The notes under the pieces: generated by a model
The model's database searches: none
Told to the model about the DNA's origin: nothing
Seen by the model: only the letters and a program-made list of their open reading frames with translations
From: Candidatus Helarchaeota archaeon
GTDB taxonomy: Archaea; Asgardarchaeota; Lokiarchaeia; Helarchaeales; RDOG01
Assembly (NCBI GenBank): GCA_019058315.1
Contig: JAHPZH010000003.1
Coordinates: forward strand, 556,451-620,450
Length of the DNA stretch: 64,000 nt
Direction of reading: 5' to 3'
Position numbers and translations under genes: made by a program
Shown here: positions 40,999 through 49,691 of the stretch, piece by piece
How the letters are laid out: the number at the start of each line of letters is the position of its first letter
How positions within the stretch are numbered: the stretch's first letter is position 1

Positions 40999-41976
40999 CT
41001 ATCTGAAGTAATTGTCCATGGTTTGTTGCCTCATCTTAAAGTAGTCAAATGCTTTTTTCAAACGTTCAAGCCCTCTTTCAATGCGTTTTTGAGAAAATTT
41101 TCCATTCAAAAATCCTTTTAATATATGAAAATTTGGATAACGGAAATGGGGACCGAAATTAAATGATGGTGGATTTAGAAATTTTGACCGTAAAATAGTA
41201 AAATCAAATTCTAGTGGTATAAATTCTTCATTTATAGTTTCTAAATCATTGTATTTCTTTATTAATTTCAACGCTTTCTTTGGACCTATGCCTTTCACAC
41301 CTCCTTTATTTAAATCTGTTCCTATTAATAATGCTATATCAACTAATTGTTTATATGTAATCCCAAGATGAGTCAAATTATCCTTTAGTTTTATCAAAGT
41401 TAATGTATCATTTTCAAAATCCAGGTCTTTTATCATATTTTTAGATCCAAATAATAAGACATCATAATCATAAGAAACCACTCCAAAGGCATATTTTTCC
41501 CTCACAATGCGGCATGCTTGTGCTTCACCTTCGGAAGGGGCTCTTACAGCGGGTAATCCCATGAATTTTAAAAATTCAATACATTCAACAATTGCCTTAT
41601 CAAATAGAAAAGCATAATCGTTCAATGCTCTGGAATTATAATTACCATCTTGGATGCTATCGTGGTATTTTTTCCAAAGATATAACAATTTCATATTATG
41701 ATACGTGGGAACCTTCCTTTTTTCCTCCATAGGCATCCCATCGAATACATAGATTGGACGTAATTTTCGTTCCATTAAGTTTATTGTAAAGTAAAAAATT
41801 CCTATCAAGTGAGATATGGGTTCTTTTTGATTTTTTCTTAAATTTTTATCAATATGGGATATTTTAGAAATATATCGCACTAAAAAATTAGTCCCATCAA
41901 CAGCTACAGTCTTTCCTCTAATATCTTCAAATTCAACACTTTCTGTTTTTAAGATCGGTGTTAATTTACATCCCAT
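40999..41976 (-). CDS. fen: Flap endonuclease 1 (FEN1/XPG family), divergent paralog
   Basis: AVDG, VFDG, APSEGEAQA, SYDYD, IGTD, GIGPKKALKL; C-terminal PIP box QQTMDNYF. Confidence 0.88.
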   Translation of the reverse strand: MGCKLTPILKTESVEFEDIRGKTVAVDGTNFLVRYISKISHIDKNLRKNQKEPISHLIGIFYFTINLMERKLRPIYVFDGMPMEEKRKVPTYHNMKLLYLWKKYHDSIQDGNYNSRALNDYAFLFDKAIVECIEFLKFMGLPAVRAPSEGEAQACRIVREKYAFGVVSYDYDVLLFGSKNMIKDLDFENDTLTLIKLKDNLTHLGITYKQLVDIALLIGTDLNKGGVKGIGPKKALKLIKKYNDLETINEEFIPLEFDFTILRSKFLNPPSFNFGPHFRYPNFHILKGFLNGKFSQKRIERGLERLKKAFDYFKMRQQTMDNYFR

Positions 41977-42565
41977 TAAAATACCCCAATAGATTCTTTT
42001 TTCCTGGTTTCTTCAAAACAATTTCAAAAATCCCGGTTGTTCTATGGAATCCGTTATTCTGTATTAAAAGTGAGTTTAATTTCACATTCAAATAAAGCTG
42101 ATACAAAATTTCCCAATGTGTCCTGGATTGACTTTCCGTTTTTCTAATGAGATTAATCATGTTTTTTATCTCAGAATTGCTTGAAGAATATGCTATCTTT
42201 AATTTATTGACTTTCATCAGACGAATTTTTTTAGGAATATATCCTTCTCGAATTCCAAATCTTTTAGAACGATAATATAACTGCCTTAATTTCTCTTTTT
42301 TACAGAATATTAACTGACAATCGCTTATCTTACCCAAAATTAAATGAAGGAGTCGAAATTCTTCATCAATCCGTTCTATCATGAAGTTCTCTGGGAATGT
42401 TACAGGACGAGGACCTAATTTTTCAATTTCGCTGGTAATAAATTTAGTCTCATTTCCGTTATGATATACAAGATAATGTATCGAATCGCCATAGTTCTGT
42501 TTCTTTAACTTGGGATCTTCGCTTTTACCAATTTCAAAATCAAAAAATAATTGATTTATCATCAA
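41966..42565 (-). CDS. Stand-alone degenerate PolB-type 3'-5' exonuclease-like domain (tentative)
   Basis: ExoI-like LFFDFEI; EEFRLL...LYYRSKRFGI resembles the ExoII region without its N/D residues. Confidence 0.4.
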   Translation of the reverse strand: MMINQLFFDFEIGKSEDPKLKKQNYGDSIHYLVYHNGNETKFITSEIEKLGPRPVTFPENFMIERIDEEFRLLHLILGKISDCQLIFCKKEKLRQLYYRSKRFGIREGYIPKKIRLMKVNKLKIAYSSSNSEIKNMINLIRKTESQSRTHWEILYQLYLNVKLNSLLIQNNGFHRTTGIFEIVLKKPGKKNLLGYFNGM

Positions 42566-42678
42566 TTTTCACCGAAAGAAAGAACGTATTGGAGTGAATT
42601 TATAAGGTTTTCCCTCATCCAGAATTTTTGTCGGATATTCAAATAGATCTTTAAAGAAATCGAAATTTGTTTATACAA

Positions 42679-44286
42679 TTAGCTTTCAAATCCTCTTTCA
42701 CGTAATTGTCTTCGAAAGTCGTCTTCCGAAATTTCACCTTTCATTTTGGAATATTCAAGCAACTTTTGAACTCCTAATTCTGTAATTTTATAGGTGTTTC
42801 TTCTGGTCACTCCGAGGACTTCTTGACTCTGAATCAAAAAACGTAATTGTATGAGTTTATGGAGTAATACTCGCAAGACTTCATCCTCGATACCCGTAGC
42901 TGATTGAATTGAGCCATACATGATTTCATCGTATTCAGTAGCGATAGATAGAATGTTCTTAACATGTTCTGCATATTGATGGAAACTTCTTTCAATCGCA
43001 CTTCTTTCTGGGACAAATATAGGACCGAAATCCCAATCCGGATAAAACATTTTTAATCGCTCTTGAATTTCCTCGTCTTTTAGAACATGCGTTTCATCAA
43101 AATTCAGATAATCAAACATTATAGGAAAACAACTTTTTACATCGGGTCGATTAAGCAGGGCTTCACCTTCTTCCATAACTCGTAGATATTCATACTGATA
43201 TTGATATTTTCGTTTTTCAGAATAGGTCTCCGTGGTTCCCTCTTCTCGTGGTCGAAAGCTCAAATTCAATAAGGAACGTAATGCTTGGCTTTCTTCAAAA
43301 GAATGAGTTCTATGGACTATTATATTGAGAAAATTCGATAATATTTGTGGAATTATTAAAGAAGGATATTGAATCGAAGTGTGTATGCCAATATCATTAC
43401 GTCGTAATGTGCTCATCCAATTAAGCAGCGAGAAGTGAGGATCATCGTTTCTTCCAATATATAATTTCGGCTGTTCCATTCCAAAGATTAAATCTCCATC
43501 ATCTATTAGTATCATAAAATCTCTATAATTAAGAAATTTGGATAGTGTGATTATTTTGATCAATATTAGAAAAATCAAAAACCTGCGACTTCTCTTATCA
43601 TTTACATCAATTTCTATTAATGCAGGAGCATCTGATACAATTTCATAAATATTTTTCTTTGTATTAGCGATCATTCTTGTCGTTTCCCCGCTTAATAAAT
43701 TATCAATATATTTATAGACGGCATTAAATTCATTTCTTTCCTTATAGCTTATTTCAGGAGCCATAACTCCGTTCCAAAGCTCATCTGTAAAACTATTCAT
43801 TGCAGGACTATTACCATACATTTCATAGACATTTTTTAACATAGTCGAGATCGCAGCTACTATCTCATCACTGAAATTTACTGACAATCGTAACATTTCA
43901 ATAAAAAAGGGGATATAATTTTCAGCAGGTACCCCTTCAGTATCAAGTGGTCCGATAGAAATATCCTCTCCAAGACGAAATATCTTCATAGTAGGGATGA
44001 AGTCTGCAAGTCTTCGATAATTTTTATTGGAAGATATTATTATATAGGGGATATTTTTTTTCACAGATTCATAGACTATCTTGGCATTTGTTAAAAATCG
44101 TTCGAGTATGTTACTTCCAACTACGATAACTCCATTTCTCATATCATCTTCCCGTAGCCCGATGGGAAGTTCTTCATGTAAAAATTCAGTTTCTATTGTA
44201 TTTCCTAATGGACCTATCTCACTTTCTAAATTTGTAGGAACAATAAATTCCACCGGATATTGGTATGGCATCGATTTTACAGCCAT
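42679..44286 (-). CDS. HerA/FtsK/VirB4-superfamily ATPase-like domain with degenerate Walker motifs and C-terminal wHTH; probably the C-terminal part of a frameshift fusion
   Basis: PIGLREDDMRNGVIVVGSNILER, IPYIIISSNKNYRRL, ILIDDGD, LRRNDIGIHTSIQYPS..ILSN..IVHR; YKITELG. Confidence 0.7.
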   Translation of the reverse strand: MAVKSMPYQYPVEFIVPTNLESEIGPLGNTIETEFLHEELPIGLREDDMRNGVIVVGSNILERFLTNAKIVYESVKKNIPYIIISSNKNYRRLADFIPTMKIFRLGEDISIGPLDTEGVPAENYIPFFIEMLRLSVNFSDEIVAAISTMLKNVYEMYGNSPAMNSFTDELWNGVMAPEISYKERNEFNAVYKYIDNLLSGETTRMIANTKKNIYEIVSDAPALIEIDVNDKRSRRFLIFLILIKIITLSKFLNYRDFMILIDDGDLIFGMEQPKLYIGRNDDPHFSLLNWMSTLRRNDIGIHTSIQYPSLIIPQILSNFLNIIVHRTHSFEESQALRSLLNLSFRPREEGTTETYSEKRKYQYQYEYLRVMEEGEALLNRPDVKSCFPIMFDYLNFDETHVLKDEEIQERLKMFYPDWDFGPIFVPERSAIERSFHQYAEHVKNILSIATEYDEIMYGSIQSATGIEDEVLRVLLHKLIQLRFLIQSQEVLGVTRRNTYKITELGVQKLLEYSKMKGEISEDDFRRQLRERGFES

Positions 44287-44293
44287 CTTAGGA

Positions 44294-44337
44294 GCCTGGA
44301 GAAGATGATTGATCCCCTCCAGGCCTGTTAGAAAAAA
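44294..44337 (-). other. Putative programmed -1 ribosomal frameshift signal
   Basis: Slippery T TTT TTC (44337-44331), spacer TAACAG, hairpin GCCTGGAGGGGAT-CAATC-ATCTTCTCCAGGC. The -1 frame is open into ORF 42679..44286. Confidence 0.75.
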
Positions 44338-45233
44338 CGAAACTTCCCGCCGTCTGTTATCTGGACTCGTTTGGCAGCTAATAAATCCTTATCTTCAAGA
44401 AGTACTAATTTTGAATGTGGAAAATTGACCAGAAATGAGGATTCCAGCTTTTGAAGATTCAATTTCACATTTTCATAGACCTCTTGGATCGTTTCTGCTA
44501 CATTTGTCCCAATTTTTCTATTATCGGATGTCCCAAACACAATCCGTGCTTCCCAAACACCTTCCCTGTTTAAAAGAAATGAATTTAAACCATCTCCACC
44601 TAATGAATCCATAAATTTGCGCATATCTAACGTGACATTTTTCAAGCGTTTAACCTCTTTTTCATTAATTGGTGCTTGGACGTAATTCCAGAAGATAGGT
44701 ATTTTTTGACCGTAAATTGAGCGTATGAAATCATTGAATTTTCCGCTGATACTTATTGGTATTGTATCAATCTTAAAAAGCCCAAATGCCGCTATACGTC
44801 CCCGACTCTCAAAAAATAAGACATCTTTATGTAATTCTCCCGTATCCTTATCTCTATAGAAAAAACATTGTATATCATTCATGAAATCCACTGTTTCTAT
44901 AGCTGCTTTTGAAAGACTTGAAAATGCCCCCCTTATCCTGTAGGATATTTGAGGTTGTAGAAGTATTGAAAGTCCTGAAAAAACCACTATAGCAATTAGT
45001 GCTGATACAATCATATCTTGGATGAATGAAGTACATATTACCCATATGGATAAGGAAATTATCAATGTCCCTATCATTATAAATAAAATTCTTGATAAAC
45101 TAGGATGAATTATGCGATCTCCCGACCAGAAGTGTTGCGAACTCCTTAATTCTTCAGTTCTGCGTCTGTAAGCTTCATTTCTGCTTCGATTATTTCTATT
45201 ATAGATATTTCTATCATAACTTTCATCTAACAT
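44328..45233 (-). CDS. Two-TM membrane protein (probable start MLDESY at 45233); N-terminal part of the frameshift fusion
   Basis: Two adjacent TM helices followed by a soluble domain; stop codon directly follows the slippery site; AGGTGA upstream of ATG 45233. Confidence 0.7.
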   Translation of the reverse strand: MLDESYDRNIYNRNNRSRNEAYRRRTEELRSSQHFWSGDRIIHPSLSRILFIMIGTLIISLSIWVICTSFIQDMIVSALIAIVVFSGLSILLQPQISYRIRGAFSSLSKAAIETVDFMNDIQCFFYRDKDTGELHKDVLFFESRGRIAAFGLFKIDTIPISISGKFNDFIRSIYGQKIPIFWNYVQAPINEKEVKRLKNVTLDMRKFMDSLGGDGLNSFLLNREGVWEARIVFGTSDNRKIGTNVAETIQEVYENVKLNLQKLESSFLVNFPHSKLVLLEDKDLLAAKRVQITDGGKFRFF

Positions 45234-45238
45234 TCCTT

Positions 45239-45718
45239 TCACCTTTTGAAAACGTAAATTACACCTATGATTATATAATAAATAAAATAGGGCAAGAGAG
45301 ACCAATTATTACCCCAATTTGCAGGGTCCAAAAAATTTTCAACTATAAAGAAGATTGTGATTCCAAACCAGACCAAAGCCCAACCAAATGCAGCTTTCTG
45401 CCACGCATTTAGATCTACATCGGGATCATCTTGTATGTTTTTAGTGTGTCCAATCGCACCACCCCTTACCATATACATTGTTTCCGATATATTCCTTGCT
45501 TTTTCTAACAAAATTCGATTTCGCAAGTCTCTTTGTGTGTCCCTGACAGAATCTTTAATATTTTTTGTCACCATTTCTTCCGAAAACTGGTTAAATATTT
45601 TTCCAGAATCCTTTCCCTTGAATAAAAACGACTTTATAGCAAAAAAACTGATGATGGCTGCAAGTAATAAGGGCCATTGTGTTATGAATTCCAGATATCC
45701 TAAACTCATTCGTGTCAC
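45239..45718 (-). CDS. Three-TM membrane protein
   Basis: Hydrophobic segments at both ends; in the operon. Confidence 0.7.
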   Translation of the reverse strand: MTRMSLGYLEFITQWPLLLAAIISFFAIKSFLFKGKDSGKIFNQFSEEMVTKNIKDSVRDTQRDLRNRILLEKARNISETMYMVRGGAIGHTKNIQDDPDVDLNAWQKAAFGWALVWFGITIFFIVENFLDPANWGNNWSLLPYFIYYIIIGVIYVFKR

Positions 45719-45734
45719 CTACATTAATTTTAAC

Positions 45735-46085
45735 CTATAAATGAATCATTGTGAATAAGAGTAACAATGAACTACCGTCTTCAGGAGGAGGTTGAGTTGG
45801 CTGACCGTTGAATAGGAACCAGAGATACCAAAGAGTATACATTCCGATTTGACTCACTGATGTATTGAAAATTTCCATCCGATACCCAAAGATCTTGGTA
45901 AAAACTATCATGCAGACAGTAAATAGGACAAATCCAGCAAACATGTATTTGTTAAATTGCCTATTACCGATAAACATTAGAAATCCAATCATTGTAACTG
46001 CTGCAAGCAGGACTAACACTATTGTCATGAACCAAGTAGCGACTGCTTGTAAGGTTAAAGTTACATTTCCTAGAACATCAACCAT
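45735..46085 (-). CDS. Small hydrophobic protein, VirB2/TrbC/CedA1 pilin-like (tentative)
   Basis: Amphipathic helix, TM, short basic loop (GNRQFNK), TM. Confidence 0.45.
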   Translation of the reverse strand: MVDVLGNVTLTLQAVATWFMTIVLVLLAAVTMIGFLMFIGNRQFNKYMFAGFVLFTVCMIVFTKIFGYRMEIFNTSVSQIGMYTLWYLWFLFNGQPTQPPPEDGSSLLLLFTMIHL

Positions 46086-46150
46086 TTTTTCACTTTCTTC
46101 TTTTTGATTTTTTGAAAGATTCTGGTGGTATTAACTATTTAAAAAGATGA

Positions 46151-46558
46151 TCATCCATCTTGAAGGAGGATTTTTTCCAGTAATAAATCAATTTTTGACA
46201 TGGCAAAAATAGATTCAGCAAAAATGGTTATTTGTGCGAGTTGATCATTATATCCGAGATGCAAATAAAATTCCCCTGACTCATTTTTTAAATACCAGAT
46301 ATCTTCATCATTAGATACGGGTTGAAATCCTAAACCTAAAAGGTATTCCTTAAAATTATTTAGATCTTCGTCATCAGCAAATCTCAATATTCGTTTAGTT
46401 TTGTATCTATCCCTTAAAAAATACGGTTCTCTGATGATTGTATCCCTATCTGGTATCGGAAACATTATTTTATTGTATATTATAATCCCTATGACTATGA
46501 TAACTAAAAAAATCACCAAACCGATGATTGAACCTAACAATTCTGCGTAATTTTCCAT
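46151..46558 (-). CDS. Single-TM protein, first gene of the membrane/ATPase operon
   Basis: N-terminal TM segment plus small soluble domain. Confidence 0.7.
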   Translation of the reverse strand: MENYAELLGSIIGLVIFLVIIVIGIIIYNKIMFPIPDRDTIIREPYFLRDRYKTKRILRFADDEDLNNFKEYLLGLGFQPVSNDEDIWYLKNESGEFYLHLGYNDQLAQITIFAESIFAMSKIDLLLEKILLQDG

Positions 46559-46624
46559 TTTACAATCAGACTTATAAAGTCACTATAATGCTTTTTAAAA
46601 CTTATGTAAAAAAGGTGAATTTTC
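46559..46624. promoter_or_regulatory. Compact divergent promoter region
   Basis: 66 bp between divergent start codons, with TATA-like cttataaag and ctttttaaaa. Confidence 0.5.
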
Positions 46625-48859
46625 ATGGCTTTCGAATTGAAACGTTTTGGCTTGGATCAGAGGATAGTTGATATATTAATAGACCACAAAATTACAGAAC
46701 TGCGAGAAATTCAGAAAAAAGCTTTGAGATTGGGGCTCTTAAAAGGTCGAAAATTGCTTATCGTTGCACCTTCGGGATCTGGAAAAACCCTTATAGGAGA
46801 AATTGCTGCGGTTGATAGGATATTAAAACAAGGGACAAAAAGCGTCTTTTTAGTTCCTTTAAAAGCTATTGCTAATGAGAAATATGCTGAATTCACTGAA
46901 AAATATTCAAAATTAGGAATAAGTATTGCTTTGAGAACCGGGGATATCAAGGATGAACGATTGGATGTATTAAAATTCGACTTAATTATTTCGACATATG
47001 AACGATTCGATTCGTTGCTACGAACTGTTGTAGAAAAGGAGGAAAATTGGCTGGGGACAGTCGGCACAATTGTTATTGATGAAATTCATATATTAAATGA
47101 TTATTATCGAGGTCCAAGACTAGAGGGATTGATAAACAGGTTGCAACTTTATGCTTCAGATACTCAAATTATCGCACTTTCTGCAACCATTGCCAATCCC
47201 GAAGAACTTGCATTATGGTTAAATTGTAACCTAGTAAAAAGTGACCACCGACCAGTTCCCCTTGCATATGAAATTGTAGCGACTGCTGATAAAATTATTA
47301 CTATAAACAAATATGTGATTGAGACCTTGAAGCAAAATGGGCAGGTCCTCGTTTTTGCAAAGACTCGAAAGGAGGCCCAAGCATTAGCAAGGGGGCTTAC
47401 CACGGTGCTCCTTGAACATAAATTGTTAGATTCTGATGCACGTGTAAAACTAAATAACATATTTAAAAATGTGGAAATGACGCAGCGAGCAAAGTTGGAC
47501 CGGAGTCTTATAAGTGCATTGAGGTTTGGTGTTGCATATCATCATGCAGGGCTTGCATTATCTACAAGAAAGCTAGTTGAAGATAATTTTCGCGATCATT
47601 TGATTAAAGTAGTTTGTTGCACTACTACACTTGCTGCTGGGGTAAATCTCCCAGCAATGACTGTAATAGTTAAGGATTGCCAAGTAATTACCACTGATCC
47701 TAATCTAATTGTCGGTGATGATAGTCTCTATTGGCGAAATCAATTGGAACCCAATTTGCTTCACCAAATTTTAGGCAGGGCAGGAAGACCGGGCTATGAT
47801 GATGTAGGTATAGGTATTATTCTGACACCCACGAATGTCGACAAGAATAGGATTGAGCAATACTACTTTCATAGGCATAATGGAACTCTCTATCCTAAAT
47901 ATACAAATGTAAAAAGTAAATTAAACCAGAGAGAAGAACTCAAAGAGCAAGTATTAGTGAGAATACGTGAAAAAAAAGCTATGACTGCTCGACAAATATT
48001 AGATGACTTTCAAGGTTCTCTTTTATGGCACCAAATTCAATACGAAGATCCCTCAAAACCCATAGATCAATTGATAGAGATAGGTGCAATTTCCATCCAA
48101 AAAACTATTGAGGAACTTTCGGATGCGGAAATAAGGAAAAAAGCAAGGGCTATTCCAGATGGAGCGGTTCAAATCACGAAAGTCGATGAAAAAATACTTC
48201 AAGGGATTGTTTCTTCCAACATATCCCATACTTGCGCTCTATTTAGAGACTTTCCAAGCTGCACCTGTAGGGAGTTTAAGTTTAGGGAGACGACTGGTCA
48301 AATTACATTATGTAGACATTTGATAAAACTGATTGAGGTCGGATTAAAACATTACCCAAGCTTGACAAATGACTTGGCTTGTCTTTCCCTTCAAAAAGAA
48401 TTTATAATGGACTCCTTGGTAAAAGGGAATATGGTCAGATTAAGGGGGGATGAATATGTTCTTACTCCATTGGGTGATCTAATTGTCACAGCATATATTA
48501 AACCCCAAACAGCACCTGTAATAAGGGCCCATCTTGCGAGAATGACTTCAATTGCTGAAGTTTTAGAAGCTATTAGAGGAATATATACCGTTGAGATGCA
48601 TAAATATGTGGATTCAGACTTTGCTCAAATCATGTCCTATGTAATTGAACGTCCTCCAGGTGAAGATATAATGCCAAGGATTCTAGAGACATCTGAAAAA
48701 TATTTTAAAGGTCAGGGAGATATTGAGGAATTTATTTCCTTTACAAAATGGATATTAAGTGCGATAAAGAAGTTTGGGGAGCTATATGAAGTTGAGAATG
48801 CTGTTTATTATGCTGAAGAAATTGAAAGATTGTTAGAAATACCAAGAGAAGAAGAATAG
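46625..48859 (+). CDS. Ski2/Hel308-like SF2 helicase with inserted SWIM zinc finger
   Basis: APSGSGKT, VPLKAIANEK, DEIH, LSAT, HHAGL, TTTLAAGVNLPA, QILGRAGRPG; SWIM motif CTC...CRH. Confidence 0.9.
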   Translation: MAFELKRFGLDQRIVDILIDHKITELREIQKKALRLGLLKGRKLLIVAPSGSGKTLIGEIAAVDRILKQGTKSVFLVPLKAIANEKYAEFTEKYSKLGISIALRTGDIKDERLDVLKFDLIISTYERFDSLLRTVVEKEENWLGTVGTIVIDEIHILNDYYRGPRLEGLINRLQLYASDTQIIALSATIANPEELALWLNCNLVKSDHRPVPLAYEIVATADKIITINKYVIETLKQNGQVLVFAKTRKEAQALARGLTTVLLEHKLLDSDARVKLNNIFKNVEMTQRAKLDRSLISALRFGVAYHHAGLALSTRKLVEDNFRDHLIKVVCCTTTLAAGVNLPAMTVIVKDCQVITTDPNLIVGDDSLYWRNQLEPNLLHQILGRAGRPGYDDVGIGIILTPTNVDKNRIEQYYFHRHNGTLYPKYTNVKSKLNQREELKEQVLVRIREKKAMTARQILDDFQGSLLWHQIQYEDPSKPIDQLIEIGAISIQKTIEELSDAEIRKKARAIPDGAVQITKVDEKILQGIVSSNISHTCALFRDFPSCTCREFKFRETTGQITLCRHLIKLIEVGLKHYPSLTNDLACLSLQKEFIMDSLVKGNMVRLRGDEYVLTPLGDLIVTAYIKPQTAPVIRAHLARMTSIAEVLEAIRGIYTVEMHKYVDSDFAQIMSYVIERPPGEDIMPRILETSEKYFKGQGDIEEFISFTKWILSAIKKFGELYEVENAVYYAEEIERLLEIPREEE

Positions 48860-49027
48860 TTCTTTTTTATTTCTATATGTTTGTGGGTACAAACATACAA
48901 TGTTTTTGGATGAGTAAATAGCGCTTAACACCGTTCTGGACCATATAGTTAAATTCTTTTAGAGTTCAAACAAGGTCTTTATCTCTAATCGAATTTTCTA
49001 TTATAATATAAATCCCAAGTTTCGTAA

Positions 49028-49504
49028 TTAATGAAGTTTAAAACCACAATTAGCGCAATAGTCATCAAATACACTACAGGAATAACCACAGTTTGGACAT
49101 ATAATAAGATCATTGCTTACTTGCCCAAAACATGCTCTAATACTATCATCATTTAAATATCGAATAATAAGACTAAGTACCATTATCACAAGCATAACTA
49201 TTGGGAAAATAATACGGTTGTCTGGAATAGAAATAGGTATTAAAAATATAATGGAAGCTGTAAGAGCTATTGGATAATTAATAATTGCAATTATGGTTAA
49301 AATTCGACCCCACTCCTTTAAATTTAGCAGACTTGTACCCGCAGCAACGTTAAGGATGGATGTGCATAGATAAATTATTGACCCTATAAAAATTGAATAA
49401 CTTCGATGAAACATCGCATAATTAATTGAAGAAAAAATACCAAGAGTGCCAAGAATATTTAATATTATTCCCAACGCGGTTATTCCAGCGGGTTTTTGTA
49501 ACAA
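49028..49504 (-). CDS. Four-TM protein with C-terminal zinc ribbon
   Basis: KPAGIT, LKEWGR; CPNCG...CANCG. Confidence 0.75.
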   Translation of the reverse strand: MLQKPAGITALGIILNILGTLGIFSSINYAMFHRSYSIFIGSIIYLCTSILNVAAGTSLLNLKEWGRILTIIAIINYPIALTASIIFLIPISIPDNRIIFPIVMLVIMVLSLIIRYLNDDSIRACFGQVSNDLIICPNCGYSCSVFDDYCANCGFKLH

Positions 49505-49691
49505 AATAACTCCCTTATAAAGATAATTCAGATTTTAAATTCAATATTTACATCCCAATATATCTTATTTTTTTAATTTTTTATTATGCTATAAATAATT
49601 TTGTGTTTGTAGGTATAGATGAACAATGTTTTTAAGAAAATTTAGGGATTATTTTCTTGAATAGGTCACAAATAGGACATTTTTTAAAAAA

